Part shown: positions 12,075 through 23,087 of the stretch, piece after piece
Numbering within the stretch: position 1 is the first letter of the stretch
How the letters are laid out: each line of letters starts with the position of its first letter
Assembly: GCF_004010195.1 (NCBI RefSeq)
Contig: NC_057756.1
Coordinates: 6,876,640 to 6,920,907, forward strand
DNA: 44,268 nucleotides
Direction of reading: 5' to 3'
Source: Chiloscyllium plagiosum
Lineage: Eukaryota
Notes under the pieces: generated by a model
The model's input: the letters and a program-made list of their open reading frames with translations, nothing else
What the model was told of the DNA's origin: nothing
Databases searched by the model: none
Program-made: the position numbers and the translations under genes

Positions 12075-12410
12075 TAAATAGACAAAGTCTTTTCCCTGGG
12101 ATCGGGGAGTCCAGAACTAGAGGAGCATAGGTTTAGGGTGAGAGGGAAAAGATATAAAAGAGACCTAAGGGACAACTTTTTCACGCAGAGGGTGGTACGT
12201 GTATGGAATGAGCTGCCAGAGGAAGTGGTGGAGGCTGGTACAATTGCAACATTTAAGAGGCATTTGGATGGGTAAATGAATAGGCAGGGTTTAGAGGGAT
12301 ACAGGCCGGGTGCTGGCAGGTGGGACTAGATTGGGTTGGGATGTCTGGTCGGCATGGAAGGGTTGGACCGAAGGGTCTGTTTTCATCCTGTACATCTCTA
12401 TGACTCTATG
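12075..12410 (+). mobile_element. CR1 LINE 3' end
   Basis: FFTQRVVRVWNELPEEVVEAG coding remnant and tail ctctatgactctatg. Confidence 0.85.
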
Positions 12411-12559
12411 TGTCAAGTGTTGGTGGGGCATATCACAACAAATGTTTCTATTCTATTGCACATGAGATGTGGGTGTTCCTCACTCAGACAGCTTTTGCTC
12501 CCCATCCTTCACTACCCTGGAAGGGTTCATGGTGAACAGCAGCAGTCTTTGGGATGTAC

Positions 12560-13210
12560 ATACCTAGGGGTTACCATTAACCAGAAATTCCACTAGACGC
12601 ACCACATTAACACAGCGGCTACAGGAGCAGGTCAGAGGCTCGGAATACTGCACCTCCTGACTCTGCAAAACCTCTCCGCCATCTGCAAGTCAGGAGTATG
12701 ATGGAATACTCCCTACCTTCCCTGATGGGGGCAGCTCTGACAACACTAGAGAAGTTTGACACTACCCAGGACAAAGCAACCCCCGCTTGATTGGCACCAT
12801 AGCCACAAACACCCGCTCCCTCTGCCACCGACGCTCAGTAGCAGCGGTGTGTACCACCGACAAGATGCACTACAGAAACTCACCAAAGATCCTCAGAAAG
12901 TGTCTTCCAATCCCATGACCACTTCCGTCTAGAAAGACAAGGGCAACAGATACATGCAAACACAACCACCTACAAGTTCCCCTCCAAGCCACTCCCCATC
13001 CTGACTCGGAAATATGTCGCCGTTCCTTCACTGCCACTGGGTCAAAATCCCAGAATTCCCTCCCTGATGGCATTGTGGGTCAACTTACAGCAGGTAGACT
13101 GCAGCAGTCCAAGAAGGCAGCTCACCACCAACTTCTCAAGGGGCAACTAGGGATGGACAATAAATGTTGGGCCCAGCCAGCGACCCCCACATCCTGTGGG
13201 AATGACTAAA
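12560..13210 (+). mobile_element. 3' fragment of a CR1/L2-group LINE
   Basis: Homologous to 3110-3760 (atggaatactccc...atgggggcagct; tail gggcaactagggatgg..aataaatg). Confidence 0.75.
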
Positions 13211-13362
13211 AAGATTATTAATAAAGAGGACAGTTATGTTGGTCATTAGACTTAAATACATCTCTCGCAGCCTCATGTAGAAACAGCAAGTTGGCCCTCT
13301 CTCGGAGTGATCAGTTACAATAAGCTTAATGTAGTTTACTGACCTATTGTCCTGTCTCCCAG

Positions 13363-13677
13363 CGCAACCACAGCCTCTCAGCATCTCCCCAGAGCTCAGT
13401 AGCATCAAAGCAGAGTCTGGAGCCTGTGTCATCCTCTCTGTTCATATATCCGGGGAAGTGAAGAATGGAAGCTGGGTTGCCAATGAGGAAACGCTTTTCC
13501 AGTGGTACGGCACCATTCAGAATATAACACAGCACAAGTTCTTCTGGATAGAACTCTTACCAAATGCATCCCTCCTTCTACTGTCTGTGCATCCTTACAG
13601 CTTCACAGAATTTACGATCACTCTGGAGTCCCCCACCGGTATCTCAGCATCAGCCAGTATCACCCTTCAAGTATTCA
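13363..13677 (+). CDS. Coding exon 4: IgV domain 3, divergent CEACAM-N-like
   Basis: Acceptor cctgtctcccag|, donor A|GTGAGT, 315 nt, phase 1-1. Translation includes PLSISP, ESGACVILSVH, GSWVA, LLPNASLLLLSV and ITLQVF; the DxGxY motif is replaced by SFTEF. Confidence 0.85.
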
Positions 13678-13734
13678 GTGAGTACCTGCTACAATTGTTG
13701 GATTAAAGAGTTACTTGGTTGAAACTTGCACTTA

Positions 13735-14310
13735 GGGCAGCATGGTGGCTCAGTGGTTAGCACTGCTGCCTCATAGCACCAAGGACCTGGGTTCAGTTCC
13801 CACCTCGGGTGACTGTCTGTGTAGAGTTTATATATTCTCCCAATGTCTGTGTGGGTTGCCTCCCACAGTCCAAAGATGTGCAGGTTCGGTGAATTGGCTG
13901 AGCTAAACTGCCCCTAGTGTTAGGTGCATTAGATTCCTGGAAACAAGCCCTTCGGCCCAACCAGTCCACACTGACCCTCGGAAGAGTGACCCATTATCCT
14001 CTGACTAATGCATCGAATACTATGAACCATTTAGCATGGCCAATCCACCCTAACCTGCACATCTTTGGACTGTAGGAGGAAACCCACGCAGACACGGGGA
14101 GAATGTGCAAACTCCACACAGACAGTCACCCGAGGCTGGAATCGTATCTGGGACCCTGGTGCTGTGAGGCAGCAGTGCTAACCACTGAGCCACCATGCCG
14201 GCCTGTCAGGGGTAAATATGGACAATGGGTCTGGGTGGGTTTCTCTTCAGAAGGTCAGTGTGGACTCTTAGGGCCGAAGGGCCTGTTTCCACACTGTAGG
14301 GTATCTAATC
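13735..14310. mobile_element. Nested HE1-like SINEs: a - strand copy (13930-14200) inside a + strand copy (13735-13930 and 14205-14310)
   Basis: The + copy breaks at ttaggtgcatta and resumes at gtcaggggtaaat...gggcctgtttccacactgtagg. Confidence 0.8.
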
Positions 14311-14459
14311 TTATTTTGCCCATTTGATTGCTAATTGAATTATCTAGAACATCTTGTTCCTCTGCTGAGGTTCCTGTTCCTAGTTTGGTTAGATTAGGGT
14401 GAAAGAATTTGCAATGGGTCTGGGCATGATGACTGTTTTCTTTGCACTGTTGAACTGCC

Positions 14460-14990
14460 AAGAGTGGGGATGTTCACAACTAGGGGTCATAGTTAAAGGT
14501 GAGAGAAGAAAGATTTAAAAGGGATCCGAGGGGCAGTTGTTTCACACTGAGGTATAGGACAGATGTCAGAGGTAGTTTCTTTACTCAGAGAGTAGTAGGG
14601 GCATGGAACGCAGTGCCTGCAACAGTAGTAGACTCGCCAACTTTACTGGCATTTAAATGGTCGTTGGATAGGTATATGGACAAGAATGGAAGAGCATAGG
14701 TTAGGTGGGCTTCAGATTGATTTCACAGGTTGGCGCAACATCAAGGGCCGAAGGGCCTGTACTGTGCTGTAATGTTCTATGTTCTAGAAGGTGGTTCATA
14801 TGTGGAATGAACTACAGACGAGCTGGTGGATGCAGGTACAGTTACAACACTCAATAGGTATTTTGACGGGTATGTAAATAGGATAGGTTTAGAGGGAAAT
14901 AGACCAAACGCAAGCAAATGGGGCTATTCAGTTTGGGAAACTTAATTGGCATGGACAAATTGAACGGAAGGATCTGCTGTATGACTCAGT
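14460..14990 (+). mobile_element. Nested CR1 3' fragments
   Basis: RYRTDVRGSFFTQRVVGAWN with tail tgttctatgttcta, inserted into an older CR1 end. Confidence 0.8.
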
Positions 14991-15129
14991 GTCGGTCTAT
15001 ATATTCTGAGTTTAAATGTAGAGGACTTCCTTTGTCAAACAGAAAATTATTCCAAACTTAAAGCAGCTGGCTTTTCTGTGCCACTGAACTCAATCAAAAG
15101 AAAATGGGGAGAGAGTGTAAATTTGGGAC

Positions 15130-15790
15130 ATATGAATTGGCCTTCTGAACTTGCGTTTGCACCAATGCTGTCACTTTTTGAGGTTATTTTGTCCTGTTTC
15201 TTTTTTGAGGAGAGGTTGTAAAGCAGAGGTGCAGAACTGGTTAGATAAGAGCACTTGCATAATCAGCTTGGGAGGCCTTGGGTTTTTTTTTCACAGCCTG
15301 AATGGGTGTGGCCAACTGTCACAGATTGGGGTTTCTAGATTTTAGTTCCTCACTAACGTCAGAAGCTACTGCGATGTCAACAGAGTTGGAAGCTTCAGCG
15401 AATGTCCTCCTGGCTCCAACTCTCTCTGAATTTCCTTTTGATGTTTTTCGCCTCCTGGATGTGAGAATCCGTGACTGAACTTACCTTTTTTTTTGCCAAA
15501 GGTAATGTTTATGGAATGTTACTATATTGGAAGTTAATTAGTAATATTTGTTACGGTATCTGTTATTGTGCTAGACCTTCCAGCACAGTTGTCATCCGAA
15601 ATTCCTCTTTCTTTGATTGGACTATAACTACAGCGGTTTAAATAAATTGTGTTTTGCTTAACACTGAATGGTTTGACCCGTTAATTTGCGTCTGAAAGAG
15701 GCACTTCACCTTTGAGTTCAAAAAAGAAGTAAAATTTAGGGTCGAGGCTACCTTAAAATATTTTCAGGGGGTCTGGTCTGGTCCATATTA
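15130..15790 (+). mobile_element. Possible solo LTR
   Basis: ORF-less ~650-bp block with AATAAA near 15641, ending ggggtctggtctggtccata. Termini are not cleanly resolved. Confidence 0.35.
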
Positions 15791-16248
15791 CTTCAACTCC
15801 CCCTCCCACTCCACCAGGTTCATGCAGGTCCTGGGCCTCCTCCATCACCACTCCCTAACCACCCTGGAGGAATAATGCCTTATCTTCCATCTCGAAACCT
15901 TCCAACCCCACGGCATCAATGTGGATCTCACCAGTTTCCTCATTTTCCTCTTCCCTCGCCTTATCCCAGATCCAACTTTCCAGCTTAGCACCGCCCTCAT
16001 GTCCTGTCCCACCTGTCCATCTTCCTTCCCACCTATTCGCTCCACCCTCCCATCTGACCTATCACTTTTACCCCCACCTCCATCCANNNNNNNNNNNNNN
16101 NNNNNNNNNNNNNNNNNNNNNNNNNNNNNNNNNNCACCTCGCCCCCTCCCCCCCACCCACAAGCCTCATTCCTTTTGCCTGACTCTCCTCCTCCTCGAAT
16201 GCTGCCTGACCTGCTGTGCTTTTCCAGCAACACACTCTCGACTCTGGT
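15791..16248 (+). mobile_element. Penelope-like element 3' fragment (endonuclease C-terminus plus family-A tail)
   Basis: FNSPSHS...MQVLGLLH...LEE..LIFHLETFQPHGINVDLTSF, followed by a pyrimidine-rich UTR and gctgcctgacctgctgtgcttttccagc. Confidence 0.75.
16087..16134. other. Assembly gap (48 N)
   Basis: Run of n. Confidence 1.
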
Positions 16249-16679
16249 CGGTAACAATTTGTCATTCTAATAGATTAAAACAGATCTGGTTCTGATCCTT
16301 GCCTCCCTCCATCAACCTTAAGTTTCCTCCTCTGTCAAAAATCAAACTCAGCCTTGAGTAGATTCAATGACCAAGCGTCTACTCCTTTCCAGCGAAGCTA
16401 TTTCCACAGACTCACAACCCTCGAAGAGATGAAACAAAAACTCTTTGTATTCCATCTTAAAAGGGAAACCTTATTTATTTACTTCTGTTCCCTCGTTCAA
16501 GCTTTTTTCAACATTACTAGATTATTTCTCAAACAAGGAGACCTAAACTGTGCATATTATTACCGATAAGACCCCAAAACGGCCTGGACAACTGCAATAA
16601 AGCCTCTCTAAGACCATAAGAAACAGGAGGCCATTCATCTCTTTGAGCCTTTGTTCAATGACGTCATGGCTGATCAGAA

Positions 16680-17118
16680 AAAGCATGACAAGGACGTTAC
16701 CAGGACTGGAGGGTTTGAGCTATAAGGAGAGATTGGATAGGCTGGGCTTTTTTTCGCTGGAGCACGAGAGATTGAGGGTTCACTTTATAGATCATAAGGA
16801 GTATAGATAAGGTGAATACAAAGGTCTTTTGCCGAGGTTGGAGTAATTCAAAACTAGGGCGTGTATTTTTGAGGTGAGAAGAGAAAGATTTAAAAGGAAC
16901 CAAAGGGACAACTTTTGTACACAGTGGATGGTTTGTATGTGGAAGAAGCTGCCAGAGAAAGTGATAGATGCAGCTACAGTTGCAACATTTAAAAGACATT
17001 TGTACATAAACGTTACAGGGGATAGGAAACGTTTTGCGGGATATGGGTAAAACGCAGGAAAGTGGTCTGAGTTTAGTTGGGGCAACTCGGTCATCATGGA
17101 TGAGTTGGACCAAAGGGT
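16680..17118 (+). mobile_element. CR1 LINE 3' fragment
   Basis: LPGLEGLSYKERLDRLG..FSLE coding remnant; tail gagttggaccaaaggg. Confidence 0.8.
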
Positions 17119-17120
17119 TT

Positions 17121-17953
17121 TAGAACATAGAACATTACAGCGCAGTAGAGGTCCTTCGGCCCTTGATGTTGCGCCGACCTGTCATACCAATCTGAAGCCC
17201 ATCTAACCTACACTATTCCATGTACGTCCATATGCTTGTCCAATGACGTCTTAAATGTACTTAAAGTTGGTGGATCTTCTACCGTTGCAGGCAAAGCATT
17301 CCATACCCTTACTACTCTCTGAATAAAGAAACTACCTCTGACATCTGTCCTATATCTATCACCCCTCAATTTAAAGCTATGCCCCCTCGTGCTCGCCGTC
17401 ACCATACTTGGAAAAGGGCTCTCCCTGTCCATCCTATCTAACCCTCTGATTATCTTATATGTCTCTATTAAGTCACCTCTCAACCTTCTTCTCTCTAACG
17501 AAAGCAGCCTCAAGTCCCTCAGCCTTTCCTCGTAAGACCTTCCCTCCATACCAGGCAACATCCTAGTAAATCTCCTCTGCACCCTTTCCAAAACTTCCAC
17601 ATCCTTCTTATAATGCTGTGACCAGAACTGTACACAATACTCTAAGTGCGGCTGCACCAGAGTTTTGTACAGTTGTAGCATAACCTCATGGTTCCAGAAC
17701 TCGATCCCTCTATTAATAAAAGCTAAAACACTGTATGCCTTCTTAACAACCCTGTCAACCTGGGTGGCAACTTTCAAGGATCTGTGTACATGGACACTGA
17801 GATCTCTCTGCTCATCTACACTACCAAGAATCTTACCATTAGCCCAGTACTTTGCATTCCGGTTACTCCGACCAAAGTGAATCACCTCAGACTTGTCCGT
17901 GTTAAACTCCATTTGCCACCTCTCAGTCCAGCTCTGCAGCTTATCTATGTCTC
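17121..17953 (-). mobile_element. Young 5'-truncated CR1 LINE
   Basis: Open 234-aa RT C-terminal ORF 17208..17912 (LYKTLVQPHLEYCVQFWS, LERVQRRFTRMLPG) and a tgttcta-repeat tail. Near-identical to 34790-35665. Confidence 0.95.
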
Positions 17954-18017
17954 ATGTTTTCATGTGACTCTATATTCCTTCCTCATCCCAGGAATCAGTT
18001 GAGTGGAACTATTTCCA

Positions 18018-18209
18018 GATTAGAGTGGTGCTGGAAAAGCACAGCAGATCAGGCAGCATCCAGGGAGCAGGAAAATCAATGTTTTGGGCAAAAGCCCTTC
18101 ATCGGGAATGCCCAAAACATCGATTTTCCTGCTCCTTAGATGCTGTCTGACCTGCTGTGTTTTTCCAGCACCACTCTAATCTCCAGCATCTGCAGTACCC
18201 ACCTCCGCC
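18018..18209. mobile_element. Fold-back Penelope-derived element (family A)
   Basis: 14-bp TSD tggaactatttcca (18004-18017, 18210-18223); imperfect inverted arms of about 70 bp. Confidence 0.8.
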
Positions 18210-18634
18210 TGGAACTATTTCCAACACAACTATATAATTAGGAGACCTAAACTGTGCACAATATTACTGATAAGGCCGCAAAACGCACTGTACAACTACA
18301 GTAAAGCCTCCCTGAGAGCATAAGGAACAGGAACAGGAGGAGGCCATTTAGCCCTTCCAGCCTGCGTTCCATAAGATTAAGACTGATCGTCTCACCTCAT
18401 ATCTACTGACCTGCCCTTTCCCCAATTTTTATATTGCATTCCACTTGCAACAAGCAACATTCCTAATTTTCACACCAGAAGTAGAAGTCAATACACGTTC
18501 CCTTGTTTCATTGATAGTGGAGATAGGTCTGACAACCTGTAATACTGCAATACCTCCCCCCCTCCACCGCCCACCCAATTTGAGGCATAAGGTGTTTATA
18601 GTTCGACATCCTTTTCACAGCCTCAGCTTGTTCT

Positions 18635-19505
18635 GGAATAGAACAAAGGAAAACAAAGAAAATTTACAGCCCAGGAATAGGCCCTTTGGCCCTCCAAGCC
18701 TGTGCCAATCCAAATCTAGTCTAAACCTGTTGGTCAATTCCTAAGCAAAGTGGGTGGTACAGTGGTTAGCACTGCTGCCTCACAGTGCCAGAGACCGGGG
18801 TTCAATTCCCGCCTCAGACAACTGACTGTGTGGAGTTTGCACGTTCTCCCTGTGTCTGCATGGGTTGCGTCTGGGTGCTCTGGTTTTCTCCCACAGTCCA
18901 AAAATGTGCAGGTTTAGGTGAATTGGCCATGCTAAATTGTCTGTAGTGTTAGGTGACGGGGAATGTGTAGGGGAATGGGTTTGGGTGGGTGGCGGGTCGG
19001 TGTGGACTTGTTGGGCCAAAGGGCCTGTTTCACACTGTAAGTAATCTAATTTGTATCCCTCTTCTCCCCACCTACTCATGCATCTATGCAGACGCATCTT
19101 AAATGAATCTACCGTGCCTGCCTCTACCACCTCTGCTGGCAACGTGTTCCAAACACCCACCACCCTCTGTGTGAAGTACTTGCCGCGTGTATCCCCCTTA
19201 AACTTTCTACCTCTCGTTATTGAATCCTTCACCCTGGGAAAAAGCTTGTCTCTATCCACTCTGTCTATACCCTTCATGATTTTGTAAACCTCAATCAGGT
19301 CCCCCCTCAATCTCCTTTTTTCTAGTGAAAATAAACCTAACCTACTCAACCTCTTTTCATAGCTAGAACCTTCCATACCAGGCACCATCCTCATAAACCT
19401 TCTCTGCACCCTCCAAAGCATCCACATCCTTTCGGTAATGTGGCGACCAGAACTGTACACAGTATTCTAAATGCAGCTGAACCAATGTCTTGTACAATTT
19501 TAACA
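18635..19505 (-). mobile_element. CR1 3' fragment interrupted by a + strand HE1-like SINE (18750-19050)
   Basis: RVQRRFMRMVPGMEGSSYEKRLSRLGLFSLEKRRLRGDLIEVYKIM. Confidence 0.85.
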
Positions 19506-19909
19506 TGCTTTAATCAGTGCACTGTTGTAATGTATGAATTGGTATAACTGCTTTATGGCCTGCAAAGTCCCACCTGTGTTGACGGAATGGTCAGTCATCG
19601 AGTTTTACAGCATTGAAACAGGCCATTCGGCCCAACTTGTCCATGCACCCAGTTTTCACAATTAAGCTAATCCCATATTTGGTCCATATCCCTCCATACG
19701 TATCCCATTCATGTTGAAACGTTTCTTAAATGACAAAATTGTACTCACCTCCACCACTGCATCTGGAAACCCATTCCAGACATTCACCACCCTCTGTGTG
19801 AAAAGATTGCCCCTCTGGACCCTTTTGTGTCTCTCCACTCTCACCTATTCCCTTTAGTTGTCAACCGTCCTACCCATGGGGAAAATCTGTTGGTATCCAC
19901 CTAATCAAT

Positions 19910-20140
19910 ATTAAATATCACACAACACCAGGTTATAGTCCAACAGGTTAAATTGGAAGCACACTACCTTTCGGAGCAACGCTCTTTCATCAGGTGGTTG
20001 TGGAGTCCACAACCACCTGATGAAGGACCGTCGCTCCGAAAGCTAGTGTGCTTTCAATTTAACCTGTTGGACTATAACCTGGTGTTGTGTGATTTCTAAC
20101 TTTGTACACCTCCATCCAACAACGGCAGCTCCAAATCATC
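19910..20140. mobile_element. Fold-back family-B element inside a CR1 remnant
   Basis: Inverted arms of about 90 bp centred near 20004; core CTGATGA (20017)...GAAAGCTA (20038-20045); imperfect TSD cacct(a/c)atcaat. Confidence 0.75.
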
Positions 20141-20195
20141 ACCTCATCAATGCCTCTCATGGTTTTATAAACCTCTATAAGGTCACCTTTCTGAT

Positions 20196-20661
20196 ACCAC
20201 CAGCAAAACTAACGTCATTTACAAGATACCATGCGAGAACTGTAAAAAACACTACAAACTAGCAGGAAACTTGCCACCAGGATACAGGAATACCAACTGG
20301 CCACCAAAAGACATGACCCACTGTCACTATTTCTCCACATACAAAGAAGGACACCATTTTGACTGGGGCAACACACACATCCTAGGTCAGGCGAAACAAT
20401 GACACGCACGAGAATTCTTAGAAGCGTGGCATTCCAACCGGAACTCCATCAATAAAAACATTGACTTAGACCCTATCTACCTTCCCTTGAAAAAAAACTG
20501 GAAATGACATCACCCACCTGAAGAAGCCACCACCTATAAGGGGAGAGGTAGGACATACAACCAGCGCTTCACCAGAGACTCTCACTGATTATGTTACGTA
20601 GTATGGTGACGAAACGTCTGAAAACAAACCTTCCAGCCTCAGCGAGCTAACTGACATACTT
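20196..20661 (+). mobile_element. Penelope-like element 3' fragment, GIY-YIG endonuclease remnant (family C)
   Basis: KTNVIYKIPCENCKKHY...RKLATRIQEYQLA...AREFLEAWHSNRNSINK; 14-bp TSD gtcacctttctgat (20182-20195, 20662-20675); hammerhead-like core near 20585-20618. Confidence 0.85.
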
Positions 20662-21004
20662 GTCACCTTTCTGATTCCTGCGCTCCAGGGAAAAGAAGTC
20701 TCAGTCTATCCAATCTCCTCCTACAACCCAAACCTTTCAGTCTAGCTAACAAACCGGTAAAACTTTCCTGCACTCTTTCCAGTTTGATAACGTCCTTTAT
20801 ATAATAGGGCAACTTGAACAGCAGCTGGTCATCTACAATTGGCCTTACCAATGTCTTGTGCACCAAACAGCGTGGAATGGTGGTTGGGGGGGGGGGGGGG
20901 GGGGGGGGAGAGGAGCAGTATGCCAAGATTTGCCTTGTCAAGCAAGTTGAGTTGAAGACTCTCATCGTTTTGCTGACCTGATCCGCGAATTCTGTTCCTG
21001 ACAG

Positions 21005-21133
21005 ACTTCTCTGCAAATTGTGCAACCTATTACGTTGGCCTGGTTGTTGCGGTTCTTCTGGTTTCAGTTTGCATTTTCTTCATTGGTAAGCACATCTATG
21101 TGAAGCGGCACAGAGCGATGGGCGAAATTCACG
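21005..21133 (+). CDS. Coding exon 5: transmembrane exon A
   Basis: Acceptor ttctgttcctgacag|, donor G|GTAAGT, 129 nt, phase 1-1. Translation (N)FSANCATYYVGLVVAVLLVSVCIFFIGKHIYVKRHRAMGEIH: hydrophobic span followed by basic stop-transfer residues. Confidence 0.85.
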
Positions 21134-21711
21134 GTAAGTGTCAAACTCTGCATCTCATCCAAGTGTACAAAATAGGAACAGGAGTAGGCCATTCAGCCGA
21201 TCAAGCCTCTGCCATCACTCGACAGGAGCGGGATTGATCCTCCATCTCTGTGCCGCACTCCTGATCTCTCCCTGTCCCCTTTGACACCCCTCAGCTTCTA
21301 AAGCTGTAAGACCATAAAAAACAGGAACAGCAGTACGCCATTCAGCCCCTCAGGCCCGCTCCATCAGGTAGACATGTTCTTCTTCCACCCCAAGGGTTGA
21401 AAGATCATAATAAACCAGTGGTTTTCAACTGGTGTGCTACAGCACAAACTGGTGTGCCCCCGTGAACTGCTCATGTGTTCCGTGAGATTTTGTACAATGG
21501 TAATAAAAGCCATTGCCAAGAGTATGTTGTTGAATCTTACGACCAGAAGAAATAGGAAAAGCAGCCCCTCTTTTGCCATTCAAAAGGATCATGGTTGATC
21601 CCACTTTCCTCAGCTGCACCTCCCTGTCCTTTCTCGATGAGCCTTGATTTCCCCGACTGATCAAGAATCCCTCCACCCCAGCCTGAAACATACACAGGGA
21701 CTCTGCCTGGG

Positions 21712-22200
21712 AGTGGCACGGTGGCTCAGTAGGTTAGCACCAGGGACCCAGGTTCAATTCCTGCCTTGTGGCAACTGTCTGTGTAGAGTTTGCACATTCT
21801 CCCCGTGTCTGCATGGGTTTCCTCCGGGTGCTCCGGTTTCCTCCTGCAATCCAAAGATGTGCAGGTTAGGGTGGGTTGGCCATGTTAAATTGTCCCATAA
21901 TGTTCAGGGATGTGCAGGTTAGGGTGGATTGGCCATGCTAAATTGCCCATAGTGTTCAGGGATGTGCAGGTTAGGGTGGATTGGCCGTACTAAATTGTCG
22001 CATAGTGCTCAGGGATGTGCAGGTTTGGGTGGATTGGCTGTGCTAAATTGCCCATAGTGTTCAGGGATGTGCAGGTTAGGTGCATTATTCTGGGTAAATG
22101 TAGAGTGGTAGGGGAATGGGTCTGGGTGGGTTACTCTTCGGAGGATCAGTGTGGACTTGTTGAGCTGAAGGGCCTGTTTCCACATGGTAGGGAATCTATG
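21712..22200 (+). mobile_element. HE1-like SINE with ~4 internal 53-bp repeats
   Basis: Repeated gatgtgcaggttagggtggattggccatgctaaattgtcccatagtgttcagg. Confidence 0.85.
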
Positions 22201-22730
22201 ATAAGGGGTTCCAAAGACTCACAATCCACTGAGAGAAGAATTTCTTCCTCATCACAGGCTTAAGTTTGTGCCACTTTATTCTAAGACTATTCACACCCTT
22301 CCCACTCCCCCACCAGTCCGATCTTAAAAAATATTCTATCAGATACTTGTTAAGAGTGCTAATGCGTTTATTAAAGCCTGAATTATGTTGCAAACTCCTC
22401 CAATAAGTCTGTAAATGTGAGTAGATGTGATGTTTATGAGCAAAAGATCCAGCTGTGAAAAATGAGGGGGTACCATGAAACTAAATTTTTGAAGTGTGCT
22501 GGAAAAATCGGGAGCCTTAAAACAGTGGTGTTTCCCACTGTACCTCTGCAGCAATTACCCTTAAACTTTTAATGCATCGCTTGGTTAGTCGTCCTGTTGG
22601 ATTTTAGAACGAACCAATCTGCAACTCTCAATTAAGGACAATTTCTTGCACTTGAGTACCAGCAAATTTCCGGCAAGCGTGTCTTTCGCTGAGCTGACCA
22701 CCGTTTGAGTGTTTGATTTCCATCTTCCAG

Positions 22731-22859
22731 ATCTCCTGACTATATTCTGTAAAGGATATCGGGCTGCCCTGACCTTAGTCATGATCCTGACCTTCTGCTT
22801 TATAATTGCCTTTTCTATCATCATAAACAAGTATTGGTGCATCCCCAGTACCCGGCCAG
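22731..22859 (+). CDS. Coding exon 6: transmembrane exon B (alternative or second TM)
   Basis: Acceptor tttccatcttccag|, donor AG|GTAAGT, 129 nt, phase 1-1. Translation (N/D)LLTIFCKGYRAALTLVMILTFCFIIAFSIIINKYWCIPSTRP. Confidence 0.8.
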
Positions 22860-23087
22860 GTAAGTTGCTTGATTCAACATCACTTTCACAGAATCATTGA
22901 GGTTTACAACACACCAAGAGTGATCCAGCGAAGCTCAGTCTAAGCTCTAAGAACAGCACCTCATTTTCCACTTGGGGTCCCTGCAGCCCCTTTGGACTCA
23001 ATTTCAACTTTAAGGGTTGAACTCTCCAATGTCCTTACCCCAGCCTCTGCATGCACCAGGCCTTGTTACCACACAGTCCGCTGCTAC

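Noticed and set aside
17208..17912. 234-aa ORF as a host gene
   Set aside because: It is the C-terminal part of CR1 ORF2 in a 5'-truncated copy.
21088..21110. ITIM or ITAM in the cytoplasmic tails (HIYVKR; NKYWCI in exon B)
   Set aside because: Neither fits (I/V/L/S)xYxx(L/V) or paired YxxL, and both tyrosines abut the membrane.
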